Assembly (NCBI GenBank): GCA_046051225.1
Contig: JBJOOR010000007.1
Span: forward strand, 87,894 to 151,893
Reading direction: 5' to 3'
Origin: Bacteroidota bacterium
GTDB taxonomy: Bacteria; Bacteroidota; Bacteroidia; Chitinophagales; CAIODY01
Length of the DNA: 64,000 bases
The notes under the pieces are model-generated. The model saw only the letters and a program-made list of their open reading frames with translations, ran no database searches and was not told where the DNA came from. The position numbers and the translations under genes were made by a program. Numbering within the stretch: position 1 is the first letter of the stretch; each line of letters starts with the position of its first letter. Positions 28,913-38,994 of the stretch are shown in pieces.

Positions 28913-30133
28913 ATGAATTTTAAGCATATTTTTCTTTTAACAATACTAGTTGCTAGCTTTAGTAGTTGCGATTTTTTATTAGGGAAAAAGAAAGACGACC
29001 AAGTAAATAAAATATTTGAACAAGGTAGAATAGACCCTAAATTGTATCCTACTAATATTGGTTATGTACCCGTACAACCTTTCTGGACAGGGTTTTCGAA
29101 TCCTAAAGACGTATTTGTAGGCTTTGATGAAATGGTATATGTAATTGATGATAATGGCGTTCATATATTAGATTTAAAAGGTGAAGAACATTTTAAAATC
29201 AGTATTCCTGGCGCTACAGATATTATTCAAGACAGAAGACAACATACTTATGTTTGCGGTAGAATCTACAAGGATATTGACAATAACGGCACATTGGAAA
29301 ATCTTCCAGCCATATATCATTTCTATAATGCATCTTCGGCATCAGGACCTATTTTTGTGGATACATTAATTCACCCGTTTTGCGATGCAACTCGTAATAC
29401 CGAAGGTTTTAGGGGGGTAGGTGATGAACAAGTTGAATTTACAGGTGTTGCCACATTGTCTGATAATAGAATTTATGTAAGCCGAAAAGGACCGAAAAAC
29501 TTAATTACTACAGTTGCTATTCCTGATAATTCAGTTTTAATTTTCGATAAAAATGGTAGTAATGTTGGTTATTGCAATGGATTAAATCCAACCAATAGTA
29601 ATTTAAAATCTACTTTAGATGTAGCTTCCATAGCCACTTCGCAAGTACCACCGCAACAATATGTTGATGCACCAAATTGGTTTTATTTAGTACAACAATC
29701 TGCATCTGCTGAATATAAAGTTTTGCAAATAAAGGAATTTAACGATGTAGATGCTGGAATTAGTTATGGTGAAAATCAAGCACTATTAAATTTTGATTAT
29801 TCAAAAGCCAACAGATTTTTGTATGAATCGTTTCGATTTAAAAAACCAAGCGATGTTTATGTAGCACCCGATGCCACAGGCTATGTATTTGTGGTTGATG
29901 AAGCAACAGATTCTTTGTACCAATTTACACCCAAAGGTTTCGAAGGGGTTAATCCTGCCGCAAACAGTGGTATTACAAAACAAATAATAGCTTCATTTGG
30001 CGGACATGGAAATGGACCATTTCAATTTAATCAACCAAGTGGAGTTTGTTATTTTAAGCATATAGTTTATGTAGCGGATAAGGGAAATAATAGAATTTGC
30101 AGATTCAAATTAAGCAGCGATTTAGAGCAATAA
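28913..30133 (+). CDS. Lipoprotein with NHL-type beta-propeller
   Basis: Lipobox FSSC; GQFNQPSG-like segment, VYVADKGNNRI. Confidence 0.75.
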   Translation: MNFKHIFLLTILVASFSSCDFLLGKKKDDQVNKIFEQGRIDPKLYPTNIGYVPVQPFWTGFSNPKDVFVGFDEMVYVIDDNGVHILDLKGEEHFKISIPGATDIIQDRRQHTYVCGRIYKDIDNNGTLENLPAIYHFYNASSASGPIFVDTLIHPFCDATRNTEGFRGVGDEQVEFTGVATLSDNRIYVSRKGPKNLITTVAIPDNSVLIFDKNGSNVGYCNGLNPTNSNLKSTLDVASIATSQVPPQQYVDAPNWFYLVQQSASAEYKVLQIKEFNDVDAGISYGENQALLNFDYSKANRFLYESFRFKKPSDVYVAPDATGYVFVVDEATDSLYQFTPKGFEGVNPAANSGITKQIIASFGGHGNGPFQFNQPSGVCYFKHIVYVADKGNNRICRFKLSSDLEQ

Positions 30134-30134
30134 A

Positions 30135-30569
30135 ATGATAAAAAAAATTTGCATTATTAACGGCCCAAATCTAAATCTGTTAGGAAACAGACAAACCAAT
30201 ATTTATGGGAATTCTAGTTTAGAAGAGATTAATTTGAATTTAAAAAATAAGTTTTCTGAAATTGAATTTTCATTTTTTCAATCTAATAACGAAGATAAAT
30301 TAATTGATGCCATTCAAGATGCTGGTAAAAACTGCGATGCTTTAATAATCAATGCTGGTGCATATTCGCATACATCAATTGCAATGGCAGATGCTGTTTC
30401 AGCTATTAACATCTCAACTATTTCAGTGCATATAAGCAATATTTATAAACGTGAAGAATACAGGCACATAGATTTAATTTCAGAAAAGTGTGATGGAGCA
30501 ATAATAGGATTAGGAATAATCGGCTACGAATTAGCTATAGAATGTATAATTGAAAAAAATAAAAAATGA
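30135..30569 (+). CDS. aroQ: Type II 3-dehydroquinate dehydratase
   Basis: INGPNLNLLG.R...YG, NAGAYSHTS, VHISN. Confidence 0.95.
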   Translation: MIKKICIINGPNLNLLGNRQTNIYGNSSLEEINLNLKNKFSEIEFSFFQSNNEDKLIDAIQDAGKNCDALIINAGAYSHTSIAMADAVSAINISTISVHISNIYKREEYRHIDLISEKCDGAIIGLGIIGYELAIECIIEKNKK

Positions 30570-30922
30570 CTATAAAAGAAAAGAAAGAACAGATTCAGAT
30601 AATTATAAAAGATTTATTTTTTTTAAGTGAATCTGATTATCCATGGCTAGTTTCAGAGCAATTTTCGTTGGATGATGTTATTACCGAACAACAAATTGAT
30701 ACAGAGGTTTTTTTTGAGAAATTAACTCACCCCATTGATATGGTAGATGATTTTATGCGAACTCAATCTGAAAAATATCAAGAGTTATATGATTTTTTAA
30801 ACGAAAATTTTACTACTATTTTTATAACTAAACATGGTAGAATAAAGCGTCCTGTTATTATTGAACTAAAAGATGATACTAACGGTAAATTATACTTAAC
30901 CACATTTAGCATTGAAACATAG
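30566..30922 (+). CDS. Nuclease A inhibitor (NuiA) family protein
   Basis: L.FLSESDYPW, FF..L, C-terminal T.SIET. Confidence 0.7.
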   Translation: MTIKEKKEQIQIIIKDLFFLSESDYPWLVSEQFSLDDVITEQQIDTEVFFEKLTHPIDMVDDFMRTQSEKYQELYDFLNENFTTIFITKHGRIKRPVIIELKDDTNGKLYLTTFSIET

Positions 30923-30956
30923 TTGAAAATGTTTGTTAAAAGTCAATAATCATAGG

Positions 30957-31036
30957 AAAAGCCTTATATCAATTTGATGAGGCTTTTTTCGCTAAAAATA
31001 CGGGCAAAAAAAAAGCATCCTAATTGGATGCTTTTT
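30957..31036. terminator. Two terminator hairpins between convergent genes
   Basis: AAAAGCC...GGCTTTTTT and AAAAGCATCC-TAATT-GGATGCTTTTT. Confidence 0.65.
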
Positions 31037-31055
31037 AGTCTTTTGTCGCAAAGAA

Positions 31056-31247
31056 TTATTTTTTCTTTGGAGCAGCTTTTTTCGCTGGAGCAGCTTTTTT
31101 TGCTGGAGCAGCCTTTTTTGCTGGAGCAGCCTTTTTTGCTGGAGCAGCTTTTTTTGCTGGAGCAGCCTTTTTTGCTGGAGCAGCTTTTTTTGCTGGAGCA
31201 GCCTTTTTAGCGGCAGCTTTTTTTGGAGCAGCTTTTTTAGTAGCCAT
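31056..31247 (-). CDS. Histone H1-like Lys/Ala/Pro-rich protein
   Basis: (AKKAAP)n encoded by an 18-bp tandem repeat with synonymous variation. Confidence 0.8.
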   Translation of the reverse strand: MATKKAAPKKAAAKKAAPAKKAAPAKKAAPAKKAAPAKKAAPAKKAAPAKKAAPAKKAAPKKK

Positions 31248-31348
31248 GATCTTTGGTTTTTTGTTTTGGTTAAAAAATGGTTATTTGAAACTTTGCTCTA
31301 ATATCACATCGGAGCAGAGGGGCTTCCTAAACAATGGTTAAAAAGAAC

Positions 31349-31606
31349 TTAAGCTTGTTCTAAAATACTAACAAATGATTTATCATTTGCCTTACGTTTA
31401 AATTGTACCACACCAGCCTTTAATGCAAATAATGTGTGGTCTCTACCTATTCCTACATTATCACCAGGACAATGTACTGTACCTCTTTGGCGTACAATTA
31501 TATTACCAGCGATTGCTTTTTGACCGCCGAATATTTTCACTCCTAATCTTTTGCTATGCGATTCACGTCCGTTCTTCGAACTACCTTCACCTTTCTTATG
31601 AGCCAT
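31349..31606 (-). CDS. rpmA: 50S ribosomal protein L27
   Basis: [23 protein letters not shown]. Confidence 0.98.
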   Translation of the reverse strand: MAHKKGEGSSKNGRESHSKRLGVKIFGGQKAIAGNIIVRQRGTVHCPGDNVGIGRDHTLFALKAGVVQFKRKANDKSFVSILEQA

Positions 31607-31634
31607 TTTATTTTACTATTTATTTTATTAAAAA

Positions 31635-31943
31635 TTATGCAATTGATTCAATCATTATTTTTGTATACTGCTGACGGTGGTTATTATACTTTTGATAACC
31701 CTTTCTACGTTTTTTCTTAAACACAGCAACTTTTTCGCCTTGCATATGCTCTAAGATTTTTGCAGTTACTTTTGAATCTTTAACTAAAGGCATACCTACC
31801 GTAATTTTACCATTGTTATCAAGTAACATGACATCGGAAAAATTAACTACATCACCTACGTTACCTTCCAATCTATGGATACTAACTTCTTTGCCTGCTT
31901 CTACTCGAAACTGTTGACCTAAAATTTTAACTATAGCGTTCAT
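31635..31943 (-). CDS. rplU: 50S ribosomal protein L21
   Basis: AIVKI.GQQFRV, FKKKRRKGY, HRQ. Confidence 0.97.
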   Translation of the reverse strand: MNAIVKILGQQFRVEAGKEVSIHRLEGNVGDVVNFSDVMLLDNNGKITVGMPLVKDSKVTAKILEHMQGEKVAVFKKKRRKGYQKYNNHRQQYTKIMIESIA

Positions 31944-32202
31944 TTCTTTTTTTGAATATTGACCGCAAAAATAATTCGATTTTTTAGATAAACAAACTTT
32001 TGTTAATTCTTTTTTGATAAAACATTCATCTATTTTTTCAAACTCGAAATACAGTTTTGGTGAAAAATGATTTTAAAATTCCTAACTCAAATATACTATT
32101 ATTTTTTTTGTTTAAAAAATTGAAATAAAAAAAATACTAAAAAATTTGTGTAATTGAAATTTGTGTTGAATTTTTACACCACAAACAATAAAAAATTATT
32201 GT

Positions 32203-32436
32203 ATGGCAACTAAAAAAACAGCAATACCATCAAAGAAAGCAGCAAAGCCTACTAAGGCAGCTAGCAAAGCATCCGTACCTTCAAAAAAGGCAACGGCTAA
32301 AGCACCTAAGAAAAAAGGTAAATCGGATGAAGACGAAGAGTTTTTAAACATTGAAGATGACGAATTCAAAGTTGATGATGATTCTGACATGAATATGTTC
32401 AGTGATCATTACGATGATGATGACGATGATTTTTAA
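32203..32436 (+). CDS. Small protein with basic N-half and acidic C-half
   Basis: MATKK..KKAAK N-terminus; D/E-rich tail. Confidence 0.7.
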   Translation: MATKKTAIPSKKAAKPTKAASKASVPSKKATAKAPKKKGKSDEDEEFLNIEDDEFKVDDDSDMNMFSDHYDDDDDDF

Positions 32437-32537
32437 TTAATCCTTTATTTACTATTAAAGTATTCGATAAAAATAATTTACCTTTTTTATCAAAAGAAAA
32501 TGCCCTTCAATGGGCATTTTCTTTTGATGTATGCTGC

Positions 32538-33731
32538 ATGTTAGATAATAATGGTTACGCAAATTATCCATTTCAAAAAAATGAATTTATTATTGCAGCT
32601 GGGGTAAAAAAAGAAATACGAATTGCAAATGATGGCGACGCTTTTCATCAATTTGAAAAATTTAAAAATGAAAATAAAAACGAATTTATTTTTGGATTTT
32701 TTACTTACGATTTAAAAAATGAAATAGAAAAGCTAAGCTCTATAAACCCCGACTACATTGATTTTCCTGCTTTATACTTTTTTATACCGCAGCATATTGT
32801 CAAAATAAATTCGGCTTCAATTGAAATTAAAAGTGATACTGTAAATGAAATTTTAGATGCTATAAAAAATTGTAATTCAGATTTAATTTCAAACCAAAAA
32901 AAATCTATTCAATTTAATCAACGCACATCAAAAGCGCAATATATAAGCGATGTAAATGCTTTAAAAGAGCATATTAGAAACGGAACTATTTATGAAATAA
33001 ATTATTGCCAAGAGTTTTTTGCTGAAGATGTTGTAATAAATCCGATTGAAATTTTCCGAAAATTGAATACCAAAAATGGTGGCTCATTTTCATCTTATTT
33101 TAAATTGAATAAACTTCATGCTTTATGCACAAGCCCCGAAAGATTTATTTGCAAACAAGGTGAAAAAATAATTTCGCAGCCTATAAAAGGAACAAAAAAA
33201 ATTGGTGCAACTGAAGAAGAAAATTTAGTATTAAAACAAGAACTTTTTAATGATGAAAAAGAACGGGCAGAAAATGTGATGATAGTAGATTTGGTAAGAA
33301 ATGATTTAGCAAAAAGTGCTATTATAGGTAGTGTAAACGTGGATGAATTGTTTGGCATTTATTCTTATAAAACTGTTCATCAAATGATTTCAACAATTTC
33401 GGCAATAAAAAAAGAAAACATTAATGAAGTTGAAATAATTAAAAATGCGTTTCCGATGGGAAGTATGACTGGTGCACCAAAATATACAACCATGCAATTA
33501 ATTGAAAAGTATGAAAAAATAAAACGTGGACTGTATAGCGGCAGCATTGGCTATTTTGAACCCAATGGCGATTTTGATTTTAATGTAGTAATAAGAACTT
33601 TACTATATAATGAAGCAAAAAAATATTTATCTTACTCAACAGGAAGTGCTATAACTTTAGATGCTGAAGCCGAAAAAGAATATGAAGAATGCTTGCTTAA
33701 AGCAACATCATTATTCGAAATTTTTAATTAA
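32538..33731 (+). CDS. pabB: Aminodeoxychorismate synthase component I (anthranilate synthase I family); true start may be upstream
   Basis: SPERF, PIKGT, ENVMIVDLVRNDL, FPMGSMTGAPK, RGLYSG. Confidence 0.85.
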   Translation: MLDNNGYANYPFQKNEFIIAAGVKKEIRIANDGDAFHQFEKFKNENKNEFIFGFFTYDLKNEIEKLSSINPDYIDFPALYFFIPQHIVKINSASIEIKSDTVNEILDAIKNCNSDLISNQKKSIQFNQRTSKAQYISDVNALKEHIRNGTIYEINYCQEFFAEDVVINPIEIFRKLNTKNGGSFSSYFKLNKLHALCTSPERFICKQGEKIISQPIKGTKKIGATEEENLVLKQELFNDEKERAENVMIVDLVRNDLAKSAIIGSVNVDELFGIYSYKTVHQMISTISAIKKENINEVEIIKNAFPMGSMTGAPKYTTMQLIEKYEKIKRGLYSGSIGYFEPNGDFDFNVVIRTLLYNEAKKYLSYSTGSAITLDAEAEKEYEECLLKATSLFEIFN

Positions 33732-33749
33732 AAACGATTACAATAATAT

Positions 33750-34994
33750 ATGCAAAACTCAATTATATGCCCAAGTTGTCAACACGAATTTAGTGTTGAA
33801 AAAGTGATTGAAACCCAAGTGAGAGAAGGCATTCAGAAACAAGTATTGGAGCAGCAAAAAAAATTGCAACAACAATTTGAAGCCAAGCAAAACGAATTAT
33901 TAGAAAAAGAAAAAAAGTTTGAATTAGCAAAGCAGAATGAAAATGAAATTTTTCAAAAAAAATTAGTTGAACGTGAAGCCATCATAAAAAAACAAATAGA
34001 AGAGAAATCTACCAATGATTTTCATGAAAAAATGAAATTATTAGAAGATGAAAATAGAAAAAAAGAAGAGCAATTAAAAGTAGCAAGAATGCTTGAATTA
34101 GAGTTTAGAAAAAAAACACAGGAATTAGTAGAGAAGCAGGAAACGATGGAATTGGAAGTGCAACGAAAAATGGATGCTGAAAGAAAATTGATTGAAGAAT
34201 CGGCAAGAAAAAAAGAAGCCGAAAGCCAGTTTATGAAACTGAATGAAAAAGATTTATTGATTCAAACTTTGCAAAAAAACTTGGATGAAATGAATCGAAA
34301 AGTAGAACAAGGAAGTATGCAATCGCAAGGCGAAACACAAGAAATTGCATTAGAAAATTTATTACAAACTGCATTTCCATTTGATAAAATTGAAGAAGTA
34401 GGCAAAGGCGTAAGAGGTGCAGATTGTATTCAATTAATCAGAAATAATACAGGCAAAGAATGTGGCAAAATAATTTATGAAAGCAAGCGTACAAAAGATT
34501 TTAAACAAGAATGGATTGATAAATTAAAAGCGGATATGCGCAATGCAAAAGCTGATGTGGCAGTAATTGTAACCGAAACAATGCCAAAAGATTTAGAACA
34601 ATTTGGATTAAAAGATGATGTGTGGATTTGTAATTTTAATGAAGTAAGAGCATTGGCAACGGTATTAAGAAATGGAGTTATAAAAATTGAACAAGCAAAA
34701 GCATCGCAAGAAAACAAAGGCGATAAAATGCATACTTTGTATGATTATTTAATTGGCAATGAATTTTACAATCATATTTCGGCCGTTGTGCAAGGATTTA
34801 CAGCCATGAAAGCTGCTTTAGAAAAAGAAAAAGCTGCTATGAATAAACTTTGGAAAGAACGAGAAAAACAAATTGAATTGGTATCGTTAAACACCACATC
34901 AATGTATGGTTCAATACAAGGTATTGCTGGCAATTCGGTAAAAGAAATTGAACAATTAGAATTAGGAAATTCATCGCAAAATTTAATTGAATAA
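33750..34994 (+). CDS. DUF2130 coiled-coil protein
   Basis: CPSC N-terminus, QGSMQSQGE, GADC, YESKRTK. Confidence 0.85.
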   Translation: MQNSIICPSCQHEFSVEKVIETQVREGIQKQVLEQQKKLQQQFEAKQNELLEKEKKFELAKQNENEIFQKKLVEREAIIKKQIEEKSTNDFHEKMKLLEDENRKKEEQLKVARMLELEFRKKTQELVEKQETMELEVQRKMDAERKLIEESARKKEAESQFMKLNEKDLLIQTLQKNLDEMNRKVEQGSMQSQGETQEIALENLLQTAFPFDKIEEVGKGVRGADCIQLIRNNTGKECGKIIYESKRTKDFKQEWIDKLKADMRNAKADVAVIVTETMPKDLEQFGLKDDVWICNFNEVRALATVLRNGVIKIEQAKASQENKGDKMHTLYDYLIGNEFYNHISAVVQGFTAMKAALEKEKAAMNKLWKEREKQIELVSLNTTSMYGSIQGIAGNSVKEIEQLELGNSSQNLIE

Positions 34995-34999
34995 AATAT

Positions 35000-35015
35000 A
35001 GTTGTATATACAACT
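35000..35015. promoter_or_regulatory. Putative MarR operator
   Basis: Perfect palindrome AGTTGTATATACAACT; second copy at 35519-35534. Confidence 0.6.
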
Positions 35016-35053
35016 GATTGTATTATCTTTGCATTATCATTACAAAAACTGAT

Positions 35054-35503
35054 ATGAAATTTTCGGAAGAAATAAAATCTACAAAGTTTGAAAGCGAAGC
35101 TCAAAAAGCCGTTTTAAACGCCATGTTTACGGGTAGTTATTACTCGGCAAATGGTGGAAAATTTTTCAAAAATCATGATTTATCTACAGAACAATATAAC
35201 GTATTAAGAATTTTAAGAGGGAGCAATCCTAGTAAATTATGCTTAAAAGATATTACTTCACGAATGTTAGATAAAAATTCAAACACATCAAGAATTGTAA
35301 AAAAATTAGAAACAAAAAAATTAATTGATATTGCTGGACATGAAACCGACAAACGATTTTATCAAATTGGTATCAGCAAAAAAGGTTTAGATTTATTAGC
35401 TAAAATAGATATTGAATTTAAAAATAATCCGCCACACAAAGCATTTTTAACAGAAAGCGAAGCCAAAAAATTAAACGATTTATTAGATAAAATGAGAGGT
35501 TAA
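35054..35503 (+). CDS. MarR family transcriptional regulator
   Basis: QYNVLRILRG, SNTSRIV.KL..K.LI, DKR. Confidence 0.9.
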   Translation: MKFSEEIKSTKFESEAQKAVLNAMFTGSYYSANGGKFFKNHDLSTEQYNVLRILRGSNPSKLCLKDITSRMLDKNSNTSRIVKKLETKKLIDIAGHETDKRFYQIGISKKGLDLLAKIDIEFKNNPPHKAFLTESEAKKLNDLLDKMRG

Positions 35504-35518
35504 TTTTTTTGAATAAAT

Positions 35519-35534
35519 AGTTGTACATACAATC
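35519..35534. promoter_or_regulatory. Putative MarR operator, copy 2
   Basis: AGTTGTACATACAATC upstream of the YceI gene. Confidence 0.55.
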
Positions 35535-35560
35535 AAATTTAAAAACAAACAATAAATATT

Positions 35561-36097
35561 ATGACAAAAATTAAATGGGCATTAGACCCAACACACAGCG
35601 AAATCAATTTTAAAATCAAGCATTTGATGATTACAAATGTATCGGGTAGTTTTTCAAAATTTGATGCATCAGTAGAATCTGATGATGATAATTTTACCAA
35701 TGCAGCAGTTAGTTTCAGCGCTGATGTTAATTCTATCAACACTAATAATGAACAACGTGATGGACATTTAAAATCGGGCGATTTTTTTAATGCTGAAACC
35801 TACCCTACTATTAAATTTGAATCAACAAAATTTGAAAAATCAAATGATGGAAATTTTTCGGTAACAGGAGATTTAACTATTAAAGATGTTACAAAATCTG
35901 TAACACTTGATGTTGAATTAGGAGGAATAACCAAAGACCCTTGGGGCAATACAAAAGCAGGTTTTACCATTACAGGCAAAATAAACAGAACGCATTGGAA
36001 TTTATCATGGAATGCGGCATTAGAAACTGGCGGCGTAATGGTTTCGGAAGAAGTAAAGATTAATGCTGAAGTTCAGTTTGTAAAACAAGCTCAATAA
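35561..36097 (+). CDS. YceI family protein
   Basis: W.LDPTHSEI.F.IKH, RDGHLKS.DFF, GDLTIKDVT, DPWG. Confidence 0.95.
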   Translation: MTKIKWALDPTHSEINFKIKHLMITNVSGSFSKFDASVESDDDNFTNAAVSFSADVNSINTNNEQRDGHLKSGDFFNAETYPTIKFESTKFEKSNDGNFSVTGDLTIKDVTKSVTLDVELGGITKDPWGNTKAGFTITGKINRTHWNLSWNAALETGGVMVSEEVKINAEVQFVKQAQ

Positions 36098-36114
36098 TTT
36101 TATCACATATTTTT

Positions 36115-36154
36115 AAAAATGCAATTGTTGAAATTCAGCAATTGCATTTTTTTT
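36115..36154 (+). terminator. Rho-independent terminator
   Basis: AAAAATGCAATTGTTG...CAGCAATTGCATTTTTTTT. Confidence 0.75.
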
Positions 36155-36181
36155 ATGCAATTAAAATTGCATTTTTGCAGT

Positions 36182-37375
36182 ATGCCAAAAATATCACACC
36201 GAGGCGAAATAATGCCCTCATCCCCTATTCGTAAATTAGTGCCTTATGCCGAAGCGGCAAAACAAAGAGGAACTAAAGTATATCATTTAAATATTGGTCA
36301 GCCCGATATTGAAACGCCAAAAGCGGTGTTGGATGCCGTACGCCACAGCGATTTTAAAGTATTAGAATATAGCCACAGCGCAGGCAACGAAAGTTATAGA
36401 AAAAAATTAGTAAGCTATTATAAACGCTTTGATATTGATTTAGATTATTCTGAAATCATGATTACCACAGGTGGTAGCGAAGCTATTTTATTTGGTATGA
36501 TGGCTTGTTTAGATGCTGGCGATGAAGTAATTATTCCCGAACCATTTTATGCTAACTATAATGGGTTTGCAACGGCTGCCGATGTAGTAATAAAGCCTAT
36601 TACATCAACTATTGATACAAAATTTGCATTGCCACCTATTGAAGAATTTGAAAAATTAATTACTTCAAAAACTAAAGCCATTGTTATTTGCAATCCAAAT
36701 AATCCAACAGGTTATTTGTATTCGCAACAAGAAATGGAATCGTTGGCGGCATTGGTAAAAAAACATAATTTATTTTTATTTAGTGATGAAGCTTACAGAG
36801 AATTTTGCTACGATGGAGCTACACCATTTTCGGCTTTGCAATTAAAAGGTATTGATGATAATGTGGTGGTGATGGATACTATCAGCAAGCGTTATAGTGC
36901 TTGTGGTGGCAGAATTGGAGCATTTGTAACCAGAAACAAAGAACTATTTAATGCTACCATGAAATTTGCACAAGCAAGATTAAGTCCGCCATCTTTTGCA
37001 CAAATTGCAGGCGAAGCGGCTATTGATTTACCATTAAATTATTTTGATGAAATAAAAAATGAATACACCCAACGCCGAAATTTATTAGTAAAAAGATTGA
37101 ATGAAATGGATGGTGTTTATTGCCCAAATCCAGGTGGTGCATTTTATGCTATTGCAAAATTACCAATTGATGATGCTGATAAATTTTGCCAATGGTTATT
37201 AGAAAGTTTTTCGTTCGAAAATCAAACTGTAATGTTAGCGCCAGCCACAGGATTCTATGCCACAGCAGGTTTGGGCAAAAATGAAGTTCGTTTAGCTTAT
37301 GTATTAAACAAAGAAGATTTAGGCAAAGCAATGGATTGTTTGCAACAAGCATTGATAGCATACAACAAAAAATAA
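36182..37375 (+). CDS. PLP-dependent class I/II aminotransferase
   Basis: LNIGQPD, NPNNPTG, DEAY, ISKRYSACGGRIG. Confidence 0.92.
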   Translation: MPKISHRGEIMPSSPIRKLVPYAEAAKQRGTKVYHLNIGQPDIETPKAVLDAVRHSDFKVLEYSHSAGNESYRKKLVSYYKRFDIDLDYSEIMITTGGSEAILFGMMACLDAGDEVIIPEPFYANYNGFATAADVVIKPITSTIDTKFALPPIEEFEKLITSKTKAIVICNPNNPTGYLYSQQEMESLAALVKKHNLFLFSDEAYREFCYDGATPFSALQLKGIDDNVVVMDTISKRYSACGGRIGAFVTRNKELFNATMKFAQARLSPPSFAQIAGEAAIDLPLNYFDEIKNEYTQRRNLLVKRLNEMDGVYCPNPGGAFYAIAKLPIDDADKFCQWLLESFSFENQTVMLAPATGFYATAGLGKNEVRLAYVLNKEDLGKAMDCLQQALIAYNKK

Positions 37376-37399
37376 ATTTTATCTTATAAAAAAAATGAC

Positions 37400-38695
37400 A
37401 TGAAATATTTACCAATAGACTCGACATTATTTATTGAAAACAGAAAAAGATTTGTTTCGAATTTGAAACCAAATTCGATGGCAATTTTTAATGCCAATGA
37501 TATGATGCCACGTAATGCTGATGCACAGCACTTTTGGCGTCAGAACAGTGATTTGTTTTATTTAACAGGAATTGACCAAGAAGAAACTGTATTGATACTT
37601 TTTCCTGATTGTACAATTGATAACCGCAAAGAAATTTTATTTATAAAACGTACCAGCGAAGAAATTGCAACGTGGGAAGGACATAAATATACAATTGATG
37701 AAGCTAAGGCGGCAAGCGGCATACAACACGTTTTTTGGTTAGATACTATGCCTGCTATTTTAAATTTGTTGATGCGTCATGCCGAAAATGTGTATTTGAA
37801 TACCAATGAAAATGATAGATATGTGCATGAAGTTGCCTATCGTGATTTGCGTTTTATAAATGATTTAAAATCTCAATATCCAATTCATCATTACCAACGC
37901 AGTGCACCATTGATGGCTAAGTTGAGAGAAATTAAATCGGCAACAGAAATTGCATTAACAAGTACGGCTGTTGAAATTGCTAAAAAAGCTTTTTTTAGAA
38001 TGGCAAAAAAAGCGAAACCAGGTGTTTGGGAATTTGAATTAGAAGCCGAAATGATTCATGAATATTTAATCAACAGAGCTACTGGTCATGCATTTGAGCC
38101 TATTATTGCCAGTGGAAAAAATAGTTGCATTTTGCATTACAATAAAAACAATCAACAGTTGCAAGATGGTGATGTAATACTATTAGATTTTGGTGCTGAA
38201 TATGGCATGTATAATTCAGATATTACAAGAGTATTACCTGTGAATGGTAAGTTTACACAACGCCAGAAAGATGTGTACAATGCTGTTTTAACGATTCAAA
38301 AAGAAGCAAAAAAAATGTTGGTAGTAGGAACCGAACGCCAACCTTATGAAAAAGAAGTTGGCAAAATTGCTACCGAACAATTAATAAAATTGGGATTGTT
38401 AAAAGCAGAAGATGTAGCCAAACAAAGCGCTGATGCACCATTGTATAAAAAATATTTTATGCATGGCACTTCGCATTTTTTAGGATTAGATGTACATGAT
38501 ATAGGAAATTATTATGGAAATAAATTTGCCGCAGGCATGATTTTAACTTGTGAGCCAGGCATTTATATTAAAGAAGAAGGCATTGGCATTCGCTTAGAAA
38601 ATGATATTTTAATTACCGAAACGGGTAATATTGATTTGATGGAACAAGCTGGTGTGCCTATTGAAGCGGATGATATTGAAGCTTTGATGAAATAG
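37400..38695 (+). CDS. pepP: Xaa-Pro aminopeptidase (M24B)
   Basis: D.GAEY..Y.SDITR, HGTSHFLGLDVHD, EPGIY, GIRLEND. Confidence 0.9.
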   Translation: MKYLPIDSTLFIENRKRFVSNLKPNSMAIFNANDMMPRNADAQHFWRQNSDLFYLTGIDQEETVLILFPDCTIDNRKEILFIKRTSEEIATWEGHKYTIDEAKAASGIQHVFWLDTMPAILNLLMRHAENVYLNTNENDRYVHEVAYRDLRFINDLKSQYPIHHYQRSAPLMAKLREIKSATEIALTSTAVEIAKKAFFRMAKKAKPGVWEFELEAEMIHEYLINRATGHAFEPIIASGKNSCILHYNKNNQQLQDGDVILLDFGAEYGMYNSDITRVLPVNGKFTQRQKDVYNAVLTIQKEAKKMLVVGTERQPYEKEVGKIATEQLIKLGLLKAEDVAKQSADAPLYKKYFMHGTSHFLGLDVHDIGNYYGNKFAAGMILTCEPGIYIKEEGIGIRLENDILITETGNIDLMEQAGVPIEADDIEALMK

Positions 38696-38994
38696 CTAAA
38701 TATTAAATCTTGAACAACTGAAAAGTGAAGCGGCTGTATTTTGCCATGCACAATAATTTATTGATGTATCAACATTACAATAGTATGTGTTTTATCAAAG
38801 CAATTGATAAAGATATTATATGATGAAAGGCTTATTTATAATTCTGATACAAAAAAGCGCTAACAAATCAATGTTTGACTAAATTTTAAATTTCAACAAA
38901 CATTTATAGCTTAATTCAGTTAAACATTATTGATAGTATTGCTACAATTTTCATTTTCTTATTTTTACATTTGAAATCTGAAAATATATTATCA

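Noticed and set aside
30974-31210. ORF with LLEQPF repeats
   Set aside because: Antisense shadow of the AKKAAP repeat gene
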